A DNA stretch of 64,000 nucleotides from Gammaproteobacteria bacterium (GCA_030431775.1 JAUIHW010000001.1:3246-67245); one strand, 5' to 3'. Positions 1 through 10,808 are shown, counted from the first letter of the stretch. Notes: generated by a model not told the origin, from the letters alone. Translations and numbers: made by a program.

Positions 1-546
1 GGTGAAATTGGCGACTGCTGCTATGTGATTGCCGAAGGTGAGGCGGATGTTTTCCGCGCGCCGGACGAACGGTCTGCGCAGGAACTGGTGGCAAGGCTAG
101 GCCCCGGGCGCTGCTTTGGTGAAGACGCGTTGGTGAATAATGCATTGCGCAACGCCACCATACGCATGAACCGGGACGGTCGTCTGATGCGGCTTGATAA
201 ACAGGATTTTTTCCTGCTGTTACGCGAACCGAATGTGGAACACCTGAACTTGCCGGCGGCCGATAAAGCATTGGCCGCAGGTGCGCAGTGGATCGACGTG
301 CGTACCCAGGAAGAATTTGAAGCCGGGCACTGCAAGCAGGCCTTACATATGCCGTTGGAATACCTGCAGCTGAAAACCCGCCTGCTGGACCCGGCAACCA
401 CCTACGTAACGTACTGCAATTCCGGCCGCCGCAGTCAGGCTGCCGCGTATTTTCTGCAAAGCCTCGGCTACAAAGTGGCCGCGCTCGCCGGCGGTTTCAA
501 ACGCTATACCACCGACGCCGAGCGCCATCTGCAACTGTCCTTCTAG
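1..546 (+). CDS. Cyclic-nucleotide-binding domain + rhodanese domain protein (5'-truncated by window edge)
   Basis: Frame is open from base 1 (GEIGDCCYVIAEGEADV...FGEDAL...RNATI, cNMP-binding), followed by rhodanese motifs IDVRT..EF..GH and YCNSGRRS. Confidence 0.8.
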   Translation, partial: GEIGDCCYVIAEGEADVFRAPDERSAQELVARLGPGRCFGEDALVNNALRNATIRMNRDGRLMRLDKQDFFLLLREPNVEHLNLPAADKALAAGAQWIDVRTQEEFEAGHCKQALHMPLEYLQLKTRLLDPATTYVTYCNSGRRSQAAAYFLQSLGYKVAALAGGFKRYTTDAERHLQLSF

Positions 547-1526
547 CGGCTGGGCCAATCATCCGGTACCACGAACAGGCGCTTTGAACGCCGGGTTCCG
601 TGGGGCAAAACTTCCAGCATGGTCGGAAAGCGCGAGCGCTTAAAATAGTCGCTTAGAGCGCGTTGCAGCAAGGCTCCGGGAACCCCCCGGGTGAACAGCT
701 CAGCGCTCGGCAGCGGGGTCAGCCATTGAGGCTTGTCCAGCAGCAGTCCGCGTTGCCAGAGTTGCGTTTGCTGGCAGGCGGCCTCCACGGTCATCCAGCT
801 TGCCGTGTGCACCCGCTCAGGACAGGGCGCTGGTAATGGCAGCGGCTGCCCCGCGGGCTGAAATAACATGCCGTTAACCACACTGCGCTGAACGTGTGGG
901 ACGGGCAAGCCCAGGTCGCTCAGCGACTGCTTTGCCTGAGGGTGCTCGGAAAGGCGACTCTGCTGTGCGTCCAGCTTGGCAATCTTGCGTTCCAGCGAGT
1001 CATGGCTGGCCGGGCCCAGCCAACGATCAGTACTTCCGGGCGTCAACGGCTGGGGCACACCCAGGTAGAATTTAACGGCCACTTCGAGGTGAACCAGCAG
1101 CGGATCGTTGAGCGCGCTGCGGTCCCAATAGAGAAAGTCGAATTCACCCAGGGTATTGCCGCCGTGACGCACCGGCAGATTGCGCTGTGCCAGGCTCAGA
1201 CTGGCATCGTGGGCAATGAAAAACTCAACCAGGTGCTCAAAATACACACCCAGCCGGCGGGTGGGCGCACGCTGCCACAGGTGCTGCTGCAGCTTGTCTG
1301 GCCGGCTGTCCAGGGCCTGCAGTTCGCTCAGGCGCTGCGCGGTGGGGGCGAACATACTGGTGCCATTCAGGGCGCCAGCTTTGCCTGTGGCCGGACCTGC
1401 TCGCTGCTCGCAGTACAGTGCTTGGGAGAAGCAGGCCCAGGCCAAATCGCGGACTAGGGGGCTACGCAGCTGTGTAATAGTTGATTCAAGCGCGGTGATC
1501 GGGTGCATCAGGCGGGACACTGCCAA
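543..1526 (-). CDS. DUF1853 family protein
   Basis: Motifs VRDLAW, RLGVYFEHL, TLGEFDFL and HLEVAVKFYL (PD-(D/E)xK-like); this family is often found next to nadK. The start may be the ATG near 1508. Confidence 0.75.
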   Translation of the reverse strand: MAVSRLMHPITALESTITQLRSPLVRDLAWACFSQALYCEQRAGPATGKAGALNGTSMFAPTAQRLSELQALDSRPDKLQQHLWQRAPTRRLGVYFEHLVEFFIAHDASLSLAQRNLPVRHGGNTLGEFDFLYWDRSALNDPLLVHLEVAVKFYLGVPQPLTPGSTDRWLGPASHDSLERKIAKLDAQQSRLSEHPQAKQSLSDLGLPVPHVQRSVVNGMLFQPAGQPLPLPAPCPERVHTASWMTVEAACQQTQLWQRGLLLDKPQWLTPLPSAELFTRGVPGALLQRALSDYFKRSRFPTMLEVLPHGTRRSKRLFVVPDDWPSR

Positions 1527-1569
1527 CTCGGTTCCCTATAATAGCGATTTTCCGGCCCGAGTAGTTTGC

Positions 1570-2466
1570 ATGGAGAATTTTCGTCAAATAGGCCTGCTGG
1601 GTCGGGTGGCCGAAGCCAAGGTCCGCGACACCATCACCCATCTGGAGCGATTTCTCACCGAATTCGGTGTCGAGGTGTTGTTGGAGGAGCGCGTTGCGGA
1701 TGCGCTGCCGGCACTGGACAGTCGTAGCGGCACCATCAGTATGATTGGTGAAACCTGTGATTTAGCGGTGGTGGTCGGTGGCGATGGCACTCTGCTGGGT
1801 GCGGCGCGTGAGCTTGCCCGTTATGACATTCCTCTGTTGGGGGTCAACCAGGGTCGCCTGGGTTTTTTGACCGATATTCTGCCCGATCATGTGGAGGAAC
1901 GGGTTGGCGCAATACTGAAAGGCGAGTACAAGCTGGAAAAACGCTTTCTGCTGGAAGCGGTATTGGAGCGCGACGGCCAGCCGATTGGTAAATCCCAGGC
2001 GGTAAACGACGTGGTGCTCGATTCCGGTAAGTCGGCTCGAATGATTGAGTACGAACTGTATATTGATGATTATTTTGTTTACAGCCAGCGTGCCGATGGC
2101 CTGATTGTTTCAAGTCCTACCGGTTCCACGGCCTATGCGCTGTCAGCCGGCGGGCCGATTATGCACCCGAGACTGGACGCTCTGGTTGTAGTGCCGATGT
2201 TTCCGCATACCCTGAGTACCCGGCCCATTGTGGTTGATGGCAACAGTGACATCAAAATTGTCATCGGTGCTAACAACCCGGTTAACCCGCAACTGAACTG
2301 TGACGGACAGGTGAACTTCTCGGCCGCGCCGGGCGATGTGGTGCGAGTACACAAACGGCGGCACAGTTTTAAACTGGTGCACCCATTGGAACACAATTAT
2401 TATGCCGCCTGCCGGGACAAACTGCGTTGGGGCGAAAGCCTGGATAGGGAATGTTATGACACTTGA
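1570..2466 (+). CDS. nadK: NAD(+) kinase
   Basis: GGDGT, GVNQGRLGFL, ADGLIVSSPTGSTAYALSAGGP motifs. ATG at 1570 (MENFRQIGLLGR); the upstream part of the 1180 ORF overlaps the opposite-strand gene. Confidence 0.95.
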   Translation: MENFRQIGLLGRVAEAKVRDTITHLERFLTEFGVEVLLEERVADALPALDSRSGTISMIGETCDLAVVVGGDGTLLGAARELARYDIPLLGVNQGRLGFLTDILPDHVEERVGAILKGEYKLEKRFLLEAVLERDGQPIGKSQAVNDVVLDSGKSARMIEYELYIDDYFVYSQRADGLIVSSPTGSTAYALSAGGPIMHPRLDALVVVPMFPHTLSTRPIVVDGNSDIKIVIGANNPVNPQLNCDGQVNFSAAPGDVVRVHKRRHSFKLVHPLEHNYYAACRDKLRWGESLDRECYDT

Positions 2467-2701
2467 CGACATACTCAAAGAATTGACCCCGGAGGGTGCT
2501 GTCAATTTACGCCATGCCGTGGAAACGGGAAAATGGCCGAACGGCCAGGCCCTGGCCAGCGGGCAGCGGGAACTGTGTATGCAGGCTCTGATTGCCTGGG
2601 AAGCCCGCAGCCTGCCTGAAGACCAGCGCAGCGGTTACCTGCCGTCCAGTCACTGCAAAAGCGGCTCAGATGTGGATACCGTGCGGGGGCCGGAACAATG
2701 A
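2456..2701 (+). CDS. YeaC/DUF1315 family protein
   Basis: MTLDDILKELTPE..NLRHAVETGKWPNG..L...QRELCMQA matches the YeaC pattern; overlaps the nadK stop. Confidence 0.8.
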   Translation: MTLDDILKELTPEGAVNLRHAVETGKWPNGQALASGQRELCMQALIAWEARSLPEDQRSGYLPSSHCKSGSDVDTVRGPEQ

Positions 2702-3534
2702 GCGCCGAGCAGACTCCGCTGGGCGGGCCCATTAAAAAAATGCGTTCCCGACTCGGTCAACCGGTGGATTACGAATTACCGCTTGGTGATGGCGCGGTGG
2801 CCATGAATCCGCTGATCGGCGAGGAAATTGCACTGCATTTCACCGGGCGTATTTTTTGCACCCATTGTGGCCGCAAAACCAACAAGAGTTTTAACCAGGG
2901 GTACTGTTTTCCCTGTATGAAACGTTTGGCGCAATGCGATAGCTGCATCGTCAAACCCGAGCAATGTCACTTTGCCGAGGGCACCTGCCGCGAGCCGGAC
3001 TGGGGCCAGGAAAATTGCATGATTGAGCACATTGTGTACCTTGCAAATGCCTCGGCGCCCAAGGTGGGTATTACCCGGCATACTCAGGTACCAACCCGCT
3101 GGATTGATCAGGGCGCTACCCAGGCACGCCCGGTGCTTGCGGTGGATACCCGCCACCAGAGCGGCCTGGCGGAAGTGCTGTTCAAAGACCATATCGCAGA
3201 CAAAACCAATTGGCGGGCCATGCTCAAGGGGCCGGCCGAACCCTTGGACCTGGCTGCGCTGGCTGAGGAGTTGCTGGTCAATATAGCGCCCGGTCTGGAG
3301 AATTTGCAGAGCCGTTTCGGCGTGCAGGCGCTGCAGGTGCTCGAAGATCAGGAGACGGTTCAGATCAACTACCCGGTGCAGCAGTACCCGGAAAAGATCA
3401 GCTCGCTGAATGCCGACAAAACCCCGCAAATACAGGGCGTTCTGCACGGTATTAAAGGTCAGTATCTGATTTTCGATAGCGGGGTGATCAATATGCGTAA
3501 GTACACCGGCTACGAACTCAACTTGCATTGTTGA
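2698..3534 (+). CDS. DUF2797 domain protein
   Basis: Cys clusters C.HCGRKTNKSFNQGYCFPC and CD.CI.KPE.CH, plus KVGITR..Q.PTRWIDQGA and GIKGQYL. Confidence 0.85.
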   Translation: MSAEQTPLGGPIKKMRSRLGQPVDYELPLGDGAVAMNPLIGEEIALHFTGRIFCTHCGRKTNKSFNQGYCFPCMKRLAQCDSCIVKPEQCHFAEGTCREPDWGQENCMIEHIVYLANASAPKVGITRHTQVPTRWIDQGATQARPVLAVDTRHQSGLAEVLFKDHIADKTNWRAMLKGPAEPLDLAALAEELLVNIAPGLENLQSRFGVQALQVLEDQETVQINYPVQQYPEKISSLNADKTPQIQGVLHGIKGQYLIFDSGVINMRKYTGYELNLHC

Positions 3535-3559
3535 AACCCGAACTACCACTGGAACACTG

Positions 3560-6235
3560 ATGAAAGAAGGGCAGCCGCGAACCATTTATCTGGCCGACTA
3601 CGAGCCACCGGCATTTTGGATTGATGAAACTCACCTGCGTTTTGAATTGTGGGAAACGCATACCATCGTGCGCAGCACGCTGAGTATTCGCCGTAATCAG
3701 GCCGAGGGTCAGGCGGCCAGGCCGCCGTTACGTCTGGATGGTGTGGAACTGGAGTTGCTGTCGCTGTCGCTCGATGGTAAGGCCCTGAAAACCACCGAAT
3801 ATTTGATTTCCAGTGAAAAGCTGACCATTCCCGATGTACCGGATGCGTTCGAACTGGAGTGCATTACCCGCATTCGCCCGCAAGACAACACCTCCCTGGA
3901 AGGCCTGTACAAATCACGCGGCATGTTCTGCACGCAGTGTGAAGCCGAAGGCTTCCGCAAGATCACCTACTTCCTGGACCGCCCGGACGTGATGTCGCTG
4001 TTCACAACCGAAATAGAAGCAGACGCCGCGCAATATCCGGTGCTGCTGTCTAACGGTAATAATATTGAGCAACGCGAGCTGGCGTCCGGCCGAAAACTGG
4101 CAGTCTGGCAGGATCCGTTCCGCAAGCCTTCCTACCTGTTCGCTTTGGTGGCCGGGGATCTGGCCTGTATCACCGACCAGTTTATTACCTGCTCCGGCCG
4201 CAAGATCGAGCTTCGCATGTACGTTGAGAGCAAGGATCTGGATAAATGCGAGCACGCGCTTCGTTCGCTAAAAAAGGCCATGCGCTGGGATGAGCAAGTG
4301 TTTGGCCGCGAGTACGATCTGGATGTGTTCATGATTGTTGCGGTGGACGACTTCAATATGGGCGCGATGGAAAACAAGGGCCTTAATATATTCAATACCT
4401 CCTGCGTTCTGGCCAACCCGGAAACCACGACCGACCTGGGGTTTCAACGGGTTGAAGCCATTGTGGCCCACGAGTATTTTCATAATTGGTCTGGCAACCG
4501 GGTAACCTGCCGTGACTGGTTTCAGCTCAGCCTGAAAGAGGGCTTTACGGTATTTCGCGATGCTGAGTTTTCATCCGATATGGGGTCGCGAACGGTGAAA
4601 AGGGTGGAAGACGTTGCCCTGTTACGCACCGCCCAGTTTGCCGAAGACGCAGGCCCGATGGCACACCCGGTGCGGCCTGCCAGCTACATGGAGATATCCA
4701 ATTTCTATACGGTGACCGTTTATGAGAAAGGCGCGGAAGTGGTGCGCATGCTGCACACTTTGCTGGGCCAGAAAGATTTTCGAGCGGGTAGCGACCTGTA
4801 TTTTGAACGCCACGACGGCCAGGCGGTGACTACCGATGATTTCGTGCAAGCCATGGAAGAAGCCAGCGGCAAAGACCTGAGCCAGTTCCGCCGGTGGTAT
4901 TCACAGGCAGGTACCCCACAACTGCATATTACTGGTGCCTGGGACGCTGAAAGCAGCCGTTATACCTTAACGATACAACAAAGCTGCGAACCCACACCGG
5001 GTCAGGAAGACAAGCAGCCATTTCATATTCCGGTGGCCGTCAGCCTGCTTGGCGACGCCGGTAAGCTGGCCTTGACCTTGCGCGACTCGGCTCCTGAAAG
5101 CAATGCGGAGCGGGCCGACAATACCGAGGTGGTGCTGAATCTGACCGAGGCTGAGCAGGAGTTTGTGTTTGAGAACCTGCCTGAGCGCCCGGTACCGTCA
5201 CTGCTGCGCGGTTTTTCCGCACCGGTTAAAATGCACTACGATTACAGTGACGCAGACCTGCTGTTTTTGATGCAGCGCGACGATGACGGCTTTGCCCGCT
5301 GGGATGCCAGCCAGACCCTGGCACTGCGCGAGCTCAAACGTCTGGTAAAAGCGTATCAGAATGGCGATGCCTTGCAGATGGACAGCAAGCTGGTGGACGC
5401 CTATCGGGCGGTACTGGCCGATGAGCAACTGGACCGCGCGATGGTGTCGATGATGCTGAGCCTGCCGTCCGAGGCTTACATTGCAGAAGTGATTCAACCG
5501 GTTGACGTGCACGCGATTCATGCCTGTCGAGAGTTCGCGCGCCGCGAAATTGCCCGCAGCCTTGAAGCTGAGCTGGTTGAGGTGTATGAAAGCAACGCGG
5601 TGCGGGAGGTCTATCAGCCCGAAGCCGGTCAGATTGCCCGGCGGGCTTTGCGCAACACCTGCCTGACCTATCTTGCGCTGATCGGCAGCGAAGCGCAGAT
5701 AGCCCGCTGTGAGCTGCAGTTCGCGAATGCCGATAATATGACCGATACCTACGCTGCGCTGCGCGAGTTGGTGGTGAGCAAGGCCGATGCAGCCCAGCTG
5801 CCCCGCCAGAAAGCGCTCGACGCTTTCTATCAGCGTTGGCAGCATGAAAGCCTGGTGCTTAACCAATGGCTGCAGGTGCAGGCCAGCGCCCAGTTGCCCA
5901 ATGGCCTGGCCACGGTCAAGCAGTTATTGCAGCACCCGGCCTACGACGCCGGCAACCCAAATAAAGTGCGTGCGGTTGTCGGGGCTTTCTGCGGCCAGAA
6001 CCTGATTAATTTTCATAATCCGGATGGCTCGGGTTATGAATTTCTGGCCGATCAGGTGCTGGAATTGAATGAACGTAACCCGCAAATAGCGGCCCGCTTA
6101 CTTGGCCCGCTGAGCAAGTGGCGCAAATACACCCTGCCATTGCAGGAGAAGATGCAGCAGGCGCTGCAGAGGATAGCCGCCTCGGACAGTTTGTCGAAAG
6201 ACGTTTATGAAGTAGTCAGCAAGTCACTGCAGTAA
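3560..6235 (+). CDS. pepN: Aminopeptidase N (M1 family)
   Basis: GAMENKGLN, HEYFHNWSGNRVTCRDWFQLSLKEG and NFYTVTVYEKGAE motifs; 891 aa. Confidence 0.97.
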   Translation: MKEGQPRTIYLADYEPPAFWIDETHLRFELWETHTIVRSTLSIRRNQAEGQAARPPLRLDGVELELLSLSLDGKALKTTEYLISSEKLTIPDVPDAFELECITRIRPQDNTSLEGLYKSRGMFCTQCEAEGFRKITYFLDRPDVMSLFTTEIEADAAQYPVLLSNGNNIEQRELASGRKLAVWQDPFRKPSYLFALVAGDLACITDQFITCSGRKIELRMYVESKDLDKCEHALRSLKKAMRWDEQVFGREYDLDVFMIVAVDDFNMGAMENKGLNIFNTSCVLANPETTTDLGFQRVEAIVAHEYFHNWSGNRVTCRDWFQLSLKEGFTVFRDAEFSSDMGSRTVKRVEDVALLRTAQFAEDAGPMAHPVRPASYMEISNFYTVTVYEKGAEVVRMLHTLLGQKDFRAGSDLYFERHDGQAVTTDDFVQAMEEASGKDLSQFRRWYSQAGTPQLHITGAWDAESSRYTLTIQQSCEPTPGQEDKQPFHIPVAVSLLGDAGKLALTLRDSAPESNAERADNTEVVLNLTEAEQEFVFENLPERPVPSLLRGFSAPVKMHYDYSDADLLFLMQRDDDGFARWDASQTLALRELKRLVKAYQNGDALQMDSKLVDAYRAVLADEQLDRAMVSMMLSLPSEAYIAEVIQPVDVHAIHACREFARREIARSLEAELVEVYESNAVREVYQPEAGQIARRALRNTCLTYLALIGSEAQIARCELQFANADNMTDTYAALRELVVSKADAAQLPRQKALDAFYQRWQHESLVLNQWLQVQASAQLPNGLATVKQLLQHPAYDAGNPNKVRAVVGAFCGQNLINFHNPDGSGYEFLADQVLELNERNPQIAARLLGPLSKWRKYTLPLQEKMQQALQRIAASDSLSKDVYEVVSKSLQ

Positions 6236-6244
6236 ACCCGCTCA

Positions 6245-8005
6245 TCAGGCTTTGTACAGCGGTTGCAGGTCAACCGGGCGTTTCGGCTTGCGGTGCTGCT
6301 GACCTTGTTCGACCGCCCGCTTCAGGGCAGCCAGTATTTCCGGCCCGTTGATGTTGCCCGCTCGCTCCGGTTGATACAGAGCCTCGTCCAGGTTTTTCAG
6401 GCTGGCGCTGAGGGCGGCATCATCGAAGTAGGCGCTGATGGATGCCAGCGAACTCAATGAGGGTTTACCGGTGTGCGCTCGAGCCCAGTTGATCAGCGCT
6501 GCGCGAATGGCAGACGGCTGGTTGCCGCTGCAGGCCTGCTCTAACTCTTTCATTGATGCGCGCGGTTTGCCCGGTACAAGCGGTGCCGAAATCGGGCCTT
6601 TGCTCTGACGAAGCCACAGCGCATAGCCCAGTGTTGCCAGCCACAGCAGCACCGCCAGCCAGGTTGTGGTTCGCCATACGGAACTCACGCCAATACGGTT
6701 TTGTAGGGGGGCTTGCTGCTCTGGAGCCTGTGCCGACTGCTTGCTTGCAGGTGCTACCTGGCTTTGGGTTGCCGGCGTGCTGGGTATGGGCGTACCGGCA
6801 ACCTTCAATGTGCGTGCGGGAATGACGGCAACTTCTTCGCGATTGCTTTGGGTATTCCACCAGGGCAGCCGCACCTCGGGTATTCTCAGTTCACCCGTTG
6901 TGGCGATGATGGCTTCACTCTCAATGCGGGTGCCCGTGACGCCCATTGAGCTGTCTTCATCAGCGGTTTCCGCCTGGTCCGGGTATTGCTGGGCGCCTGG
7001 AATTTCACCAATGTTCAACGGCGGCAGCTGGCTGGCCTGCTGGCCTCGGGCTTCCACGATCAATGTGCGGGTGAGCGGTTCGCCAACCTTGATACTGTCC
7101 AGGTCTTTACTCCAGTTCTCAATAATGCTGACCTGTTCCGCCGGCAGCCAGTGCTGCCCGCTGAATTGTGCAGCGCGAGGAGTGACCTCTACCGCATGGA
7201 TTTCAGAACGCACTCTGATCGGGCGCCCTCGCGACAGGCTGCCAAAGTTGTCGAACAGTGAGCCACTGCGTCTTCCAGTGGACAGGTTGGCACTGAAGGT
7301 GAGGGCCGGTATTTCCAAAGTACCGCTGCGTTGCGGGAAAATCGCATACTTCACTTCGTGCACGTTGTAGTTCATGTTATTCAGCCGGGTCTCATAGGCT
7401 GATTCGTTAAGTTGTTTCACAACCGCATTGGGCACCTCGAGCTCACTCAGCTGGGCGCCGCGGCTCAGTGCAACACCGTAATAAATTCTGACTGTGAGAA
7501 TCAGCTGTTGCTGTACATAGAGTGACTCGCTATCGACCTCCGACTGCATGAACACCGGCTCAAAGCCGCCACTTTGTTGGCTGATTTTACTGGCAGACAC
7601 TTCGACCACCAGCGCCTGGGTGGTTTCGCCATCGATTTCAATCGGTGGAATCACCAGGGCGCCTTCGCGTTTCGGCGCCAGGCTGATGTGCCATTCCATC
7701 GACGATTGAGTGCGGCCATTGATGATGCTGTGCTGACTGTTGCGGCTGGTGCCGAGAATTTCGAAGTCCTTTTCCAGTGCCGTCAGGTCGGGGCTGTCGA
7801 ATATCGACATTTTTGTACTGCTTAGAATCAAGGTAAAGCTGTCATCCACGCTGATTTGCTGGCGGTCGGTGCGCGCAGTTACCTCGGCCAGACCGGCGGC
7901 GGACCAGAGCAGGGTGCTCAGGCACACCGCCAGGGCGATTAGCCAGCGTTCAATACAGGCTGCCTTCTTTGTCATAGTGTTTTCTTCTGCGGCGATTCTG
8001 TTCAT
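6245..8005 (-). CDS. BatD-like protein
   Basis: Signal peptide, repeated Ig-like BatD modules and a C-terminal TM helix; last gene of a MoxR/VWA operon. Confidence 0.8.
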   Translation of the reverse strand: MNRIAAEENTMTKKAACIERWLIALAVCLSTLLWSAAGLAEVTARTDRQQISVDDSFTLILSSTKMSIFDSPDLTALEKDFEILGTSRNSQHSIINGRTQSSMEWHISLAPKREGALVIPPIEIDGETTQALVVEVSASKISQQSGGFEPVFMQSEVDSESLYVQQQLILTVRIYYGVALSRGAQLSELEVPNAVVKQLNESAYETRLNNMNYNVHEVKYAIFPQRSGTLEIPALTFSANLSTGRRSGSLFDNFGSLSRGRPIRVRSEIHAVEVTPRAAQFSGQHWLPAEQVSIIENWSKDLDSIKVGEPLTRTLIVEARGQQASQLPPLNIGEIPGAQQYPDQAETADEDSSMGVTGTRIESEAIIATTGELRIPEVRLPWWNTQSNREEVAVIPARTLKVAGTPIPSTPATQSQVAPASKQSAQAPEQQAPLQNRIGVSSVWRTTTWLAVLLWLATLGYALWLRQSKGPISAPLVPGKPRASMKELEQACSGNQPSAIRAALINWARAHTGKPSLSSLASISAYFDDAALSASLKNLDEALYQPERAGNINGPEILAALKRAVEQGQQHRKPKRPVDLQPLYKA

Positions 8006-9758
8006 ATTGGTATCGAAATTTGTTTTTCAACAGGCCGCCCGGATCGTCCGGCACTTTTCGCAGCCATTGTTCCAGTTCCTGCTGACGTTCGCTATCGGGT
8101 TTTGCCTGGGCCTGCGCGCTCTGTGGTTCACCGTCCTCCTGGGGTTCAGTCGGTGGGGGTGTTTGTTCGTTCTCAGCGTGTTCCTGCGGCTGATCTTGCG
8201 ACTCTTTGTTGTCGGAGTTTTCTTGCGGATTCTGTTGCGGATTTTCCTGGCTGGACGGTTGTTCCTTGTCTTGCCCTGCGTTTTGTTCCTGATTCTCTTG
8301 TTGCTGTTGCTGTTGCTGTTGGTTTTGGTTTTGTTGTTCTTGGTTCTGGTCGTTGTTCTGCGGCTGCTCGCTGTCCTGGTTGTTTTGGTTTTGCTGGTTC
8401 TGTTGCTGTTGTTGCTGCAACTCTTCCAGCAGCTTTTTATTGAAGGCGGCGTCTTCATGTTCTGGATTCGCCGCCAGAACTTCGTCGTAGGCGGCAATGG
8501 CGCCCTGCAGATCGCCGGCTTTTGCCAGGGCATTGCCGCGGTTGTAAGCATTCTGTTCGCCGAACAGCTCACCGGCCTGTTCATAGTCGCCGGCCCGATA
8601 AGCGGCGCTGGCTTTCCATTGCCGGTTACGGAACAGTTTCTGAGCCTGTTCGGCGTCACCCGCGCTCAAGGCCTGTTGCGCTTGCTGGTCGCGGGTTTGC
8701 CACAGGTCGGCCCACCAGCTGCCGCCGTCATCAGCGTGGGCGGGTGGGGGGAGAACGCCGATCAGCAATAAGGGCAGTAGCAAGCCGCGCCGAAAACCCA
8801 ACAAACAAAAAGGCAACAGCAGCAAAACCAGCACCGCACCCTCATCGTGCCAGACGTCAAACTCACGCTCGCTGTCGCGAATCTCCAGGTCAAGCAGTTG
8901 GTCTGGCAGCAGACGGTCAATGTCCTGGCGGCTGGCGGTCAGTGGCGAGTAGCGCCCGCCCAGCTGGCTGCTGATTGATTGCAGACCCGGCTCATCCAGT
9001 TGGGCGACAATAATCTCGCCGCTGGCGTCCTTGAGGAAACCTCCTTCGGGCAATGGAATCGGGCTGCCTTCCGGGGTGCCCACGCCCAGCACGGACAGTG
9101 CCATGCCTGGCCCGAGCGCGTCTTGCAGGGCGTCGAGCTGATCGGCTTGAATGCCATCTGTCACCAATAGAACCCGGGCCTTGCTGAGCTGAGCGTCGCT
9201 GAGTAACTGTTGTCCCAGCGCGAGCGCGTACTCCGGGCGGCTGCCCAGCTTGGGCATGATTTCCGGTTGCAGTGCCGGCAGCATGGACTCGATGGTGCGC
9301 GCGTCATCAGTGAACGGGGCCACGGTATGCGCGTCACCGGCATACACGATCAGTGCGGTCAGGCCTTCTTCCCGTTCGGCCAACACGTCGCGCAGTTTCA
9401 ACTGAGCCCGCTCAACCCGGCTGGGGCTGATGTCATTGGCCCGCATCGACAGCGACAGGTCCAGAACAATCAGCAACGCGTCCTCTTTTTGAGCCACCGC
9501 CTGTGGCAGACGATGCCAGGCCGGTCCGGCCAGCGCGAGAATTGCGAGCAGTAAGGCAGCGGCCAGGCACAGCAATGGCCAGCGCTGTTGCGTGCCCTGC
9601 TCGCGGTCCAGCAGGTGGTCCAGCAAACCGGGGTCGATAACTGCTTGCCATGACGAGCTGGTGAGTTGGCGGCGCCACAGTAGCCAACAGATGATGGCGG
9701 CCAGCGGCAGCAACAGCAGCCATTCCGGGCGAAGAAAGTGAAACTGATCAATTGCCAC
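7950..9758 (-). CDS. VWA + TPR domain protein (BatB/BatC-like) with Q/N-rich linker
   Basis: MIDAS motif DLSLS, VTDG, TPR (YNRGNALAK...AIAAY), poly-Q tract and C-terminal EQWLR.VPDDPGGLL.NKF. Confidence 0.85.
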   Translation of the reverse strand: MAIDQFHFLRPEWLLLLPLAAIICWLLWRRQLTSSSWQAVIDPGLLDHLLDREQGTQQRWPLLCLAAALLLAILALAGPAWHRLPQAVAQKEDALLIVLDLSLSMRANDISPSRVERAQLKLRDVLAEREEGLTALIVYAGDAHTVAPFTDDARTIESMLPALQPEIMPKLGSRPEYALALGQQLLSDAQLSKARVLLVTDGIQADQLDALQDALGPGMALSVLGVGTPEGSPIPLPEGGFLKDASGEIIVAQLDEPGLQSISSQLGGRYSPLTASRQDIDRLLPDQLLDLEIRDSEREFDVWHDEGAVLVLLLLPFCLLGFRRGLLLPLLLIGVLPPPAHADDGGSWWADLWQTRDQQAQQALSAGDAEQAQKLFRNRQWKASAAYRAGDYEQAGELFGEQNAYNRGNALAKAGDLQGAIAAYDEVLAANPEHEDAAFNKKLLEELQQQQQQNQQNQNNQDSEQPQNNDQNQEQQNQNQQQQQQQQENQEQNAGQDKEQPSSQENPQQNPQENSDNKESQDQPQEHAENEQTPPPTEPQEDGEPQSAQAQAKPDSERQQELEQWLRKVPDDPGGLLKNKFRYQYEQNRRRRKHYDKEGSLY

Positions 9759-10767
9759 GCTGGGTTCGCCTCAGCAATTGTCCGCTGGCATCCGCCACGA
9801 ACCAGATCAGCATTAGCAGCAACGCGGCTGCCAGCGGGTAATGAAACAGCGACTTTTTCGGGCGATAACTCATGGCTTCCTGTTCGATCGCCTCCAGGCG
9901 GTCGAGTTCCGCATAAATCTGGCTGAGTTCGTTGGTGTCGCGCGCCCGAAAATACAGACCCCCGGTCTGGCTGGCTATGTAGCGCAGTGTTTCTTCGTCC
10001 AGATCGGCCGAAGGGTTGCGCTTGCGCGCACCAAAGGTGGTGCCGAAGATGCCACCGGTCACGATTTCTTCAGCGCCCATACCGATGGTGTAAATTTTTA
10101 TGCCGGCTTCCCTGGCCAGGTCGGCGGCCTGGCGGGGCGGCACCTCACCGGCGGTATTGGCACCGTCGGTCAGCAGAATCAACACCCGGCTTGATTCCTC
10201 GTTACCCCGCAGGCGTTTGATGGCAAGACCAATGGCATCCCCAATCGCTGTCTTTTCCCCGGCAAAGCCGATTTCGGCCTCCTGTAGTAACTGCTGCATG
10301 GTATTGCGGTCGAAGGTTAGCGGAGTTTGCAAATACGCGCGGCTGCCAAACAAAATCAGGCCCAGCCGATCGCCACCGCGTTGCTGGACAAAGTCGCCGA
10401 CAACGCTTTTAACCACCTGCAGGCGATTGGCCCGCTGTTGGTTCAGCTGCATGTCCTCCACCTGCATACTGCCGGAAATATCCACGGCCAGCATCAGATT
10501 GCGGCCACTGGCCGGCAGCTTGACCTGCTCGCCCAGCCAGCTGGGGCGCGCCGCAGCGGCCAGCAGCAACAGCCAGCACAGACACAGTAATAGCAGTGGC
10601 CACAGTTGCTGTCGGGCGGTGTGCTGCTGCTTGTCGCTCAGTGGCAGACGCTGAAAAAACGGTGTGAACAAAGCGGCGCGCTGCTGTGCCACTGGCTTGG
10701 CAAAGCGGTACACCAGCCACGGCAGCGGCAATAGCAGCAGAACCCACGGCCATTCAAATTCAAACAT
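9748..10767 (-). CDS. VWA domain protein (BatA-like)
   Basis: DISGSM MIDAS, TAIGDAIG and LLTDG.NTAG motifs, with N- and C-terminal TM helices. Confidence 0.9.
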   Translation of the reverse strand: MFEFEWPWVLLLLPLPWLVYRFAKPVAQQRAALFTPFFQRLPLSDKQQHTARQQLWPLLLLCLCWLLLLAAAARPSWLGEQVKLPASGRNLMLAVDISGSMQVEDMQLNQQRANRLQVVKSVVGDFVQQRGGDRLGLILFGSRAYLQTPLTFDRNTMQQLLQEAEIGFAGEKTAIGDAIGLAIKRLRGNEESSRVLILLTDGANTAGEVPPRQAADLAREAGIKIYTIGMGAEEIVTGGIFGTTFGARKRNPSADLDEETLRYIASQTGGLYFRARDTNELSQIYAELDRLEAIEQEAMSYRPKKSLFHYPLAAALLLMLIWFVADASGQLLRRTQRGN

Positions 10768-10808
10768 AGTTCGCCGATGGAAACCGTCTGGTCGTGTCCG
10801 AAATAGGA

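Noticed and set aside
1180-1569. N-terminal extension of NAD kinase
   Set aside because: It overlaps the opposite-strand DUF1853 gene; recognisable NadK sequence starts at the ATG at 1570.
8200-8420. CTG/TTG-rich microsatellite-like tract
   Set aside because: It encodes the usual Q/N-rich linker of BatB/C-like TPR proteins.
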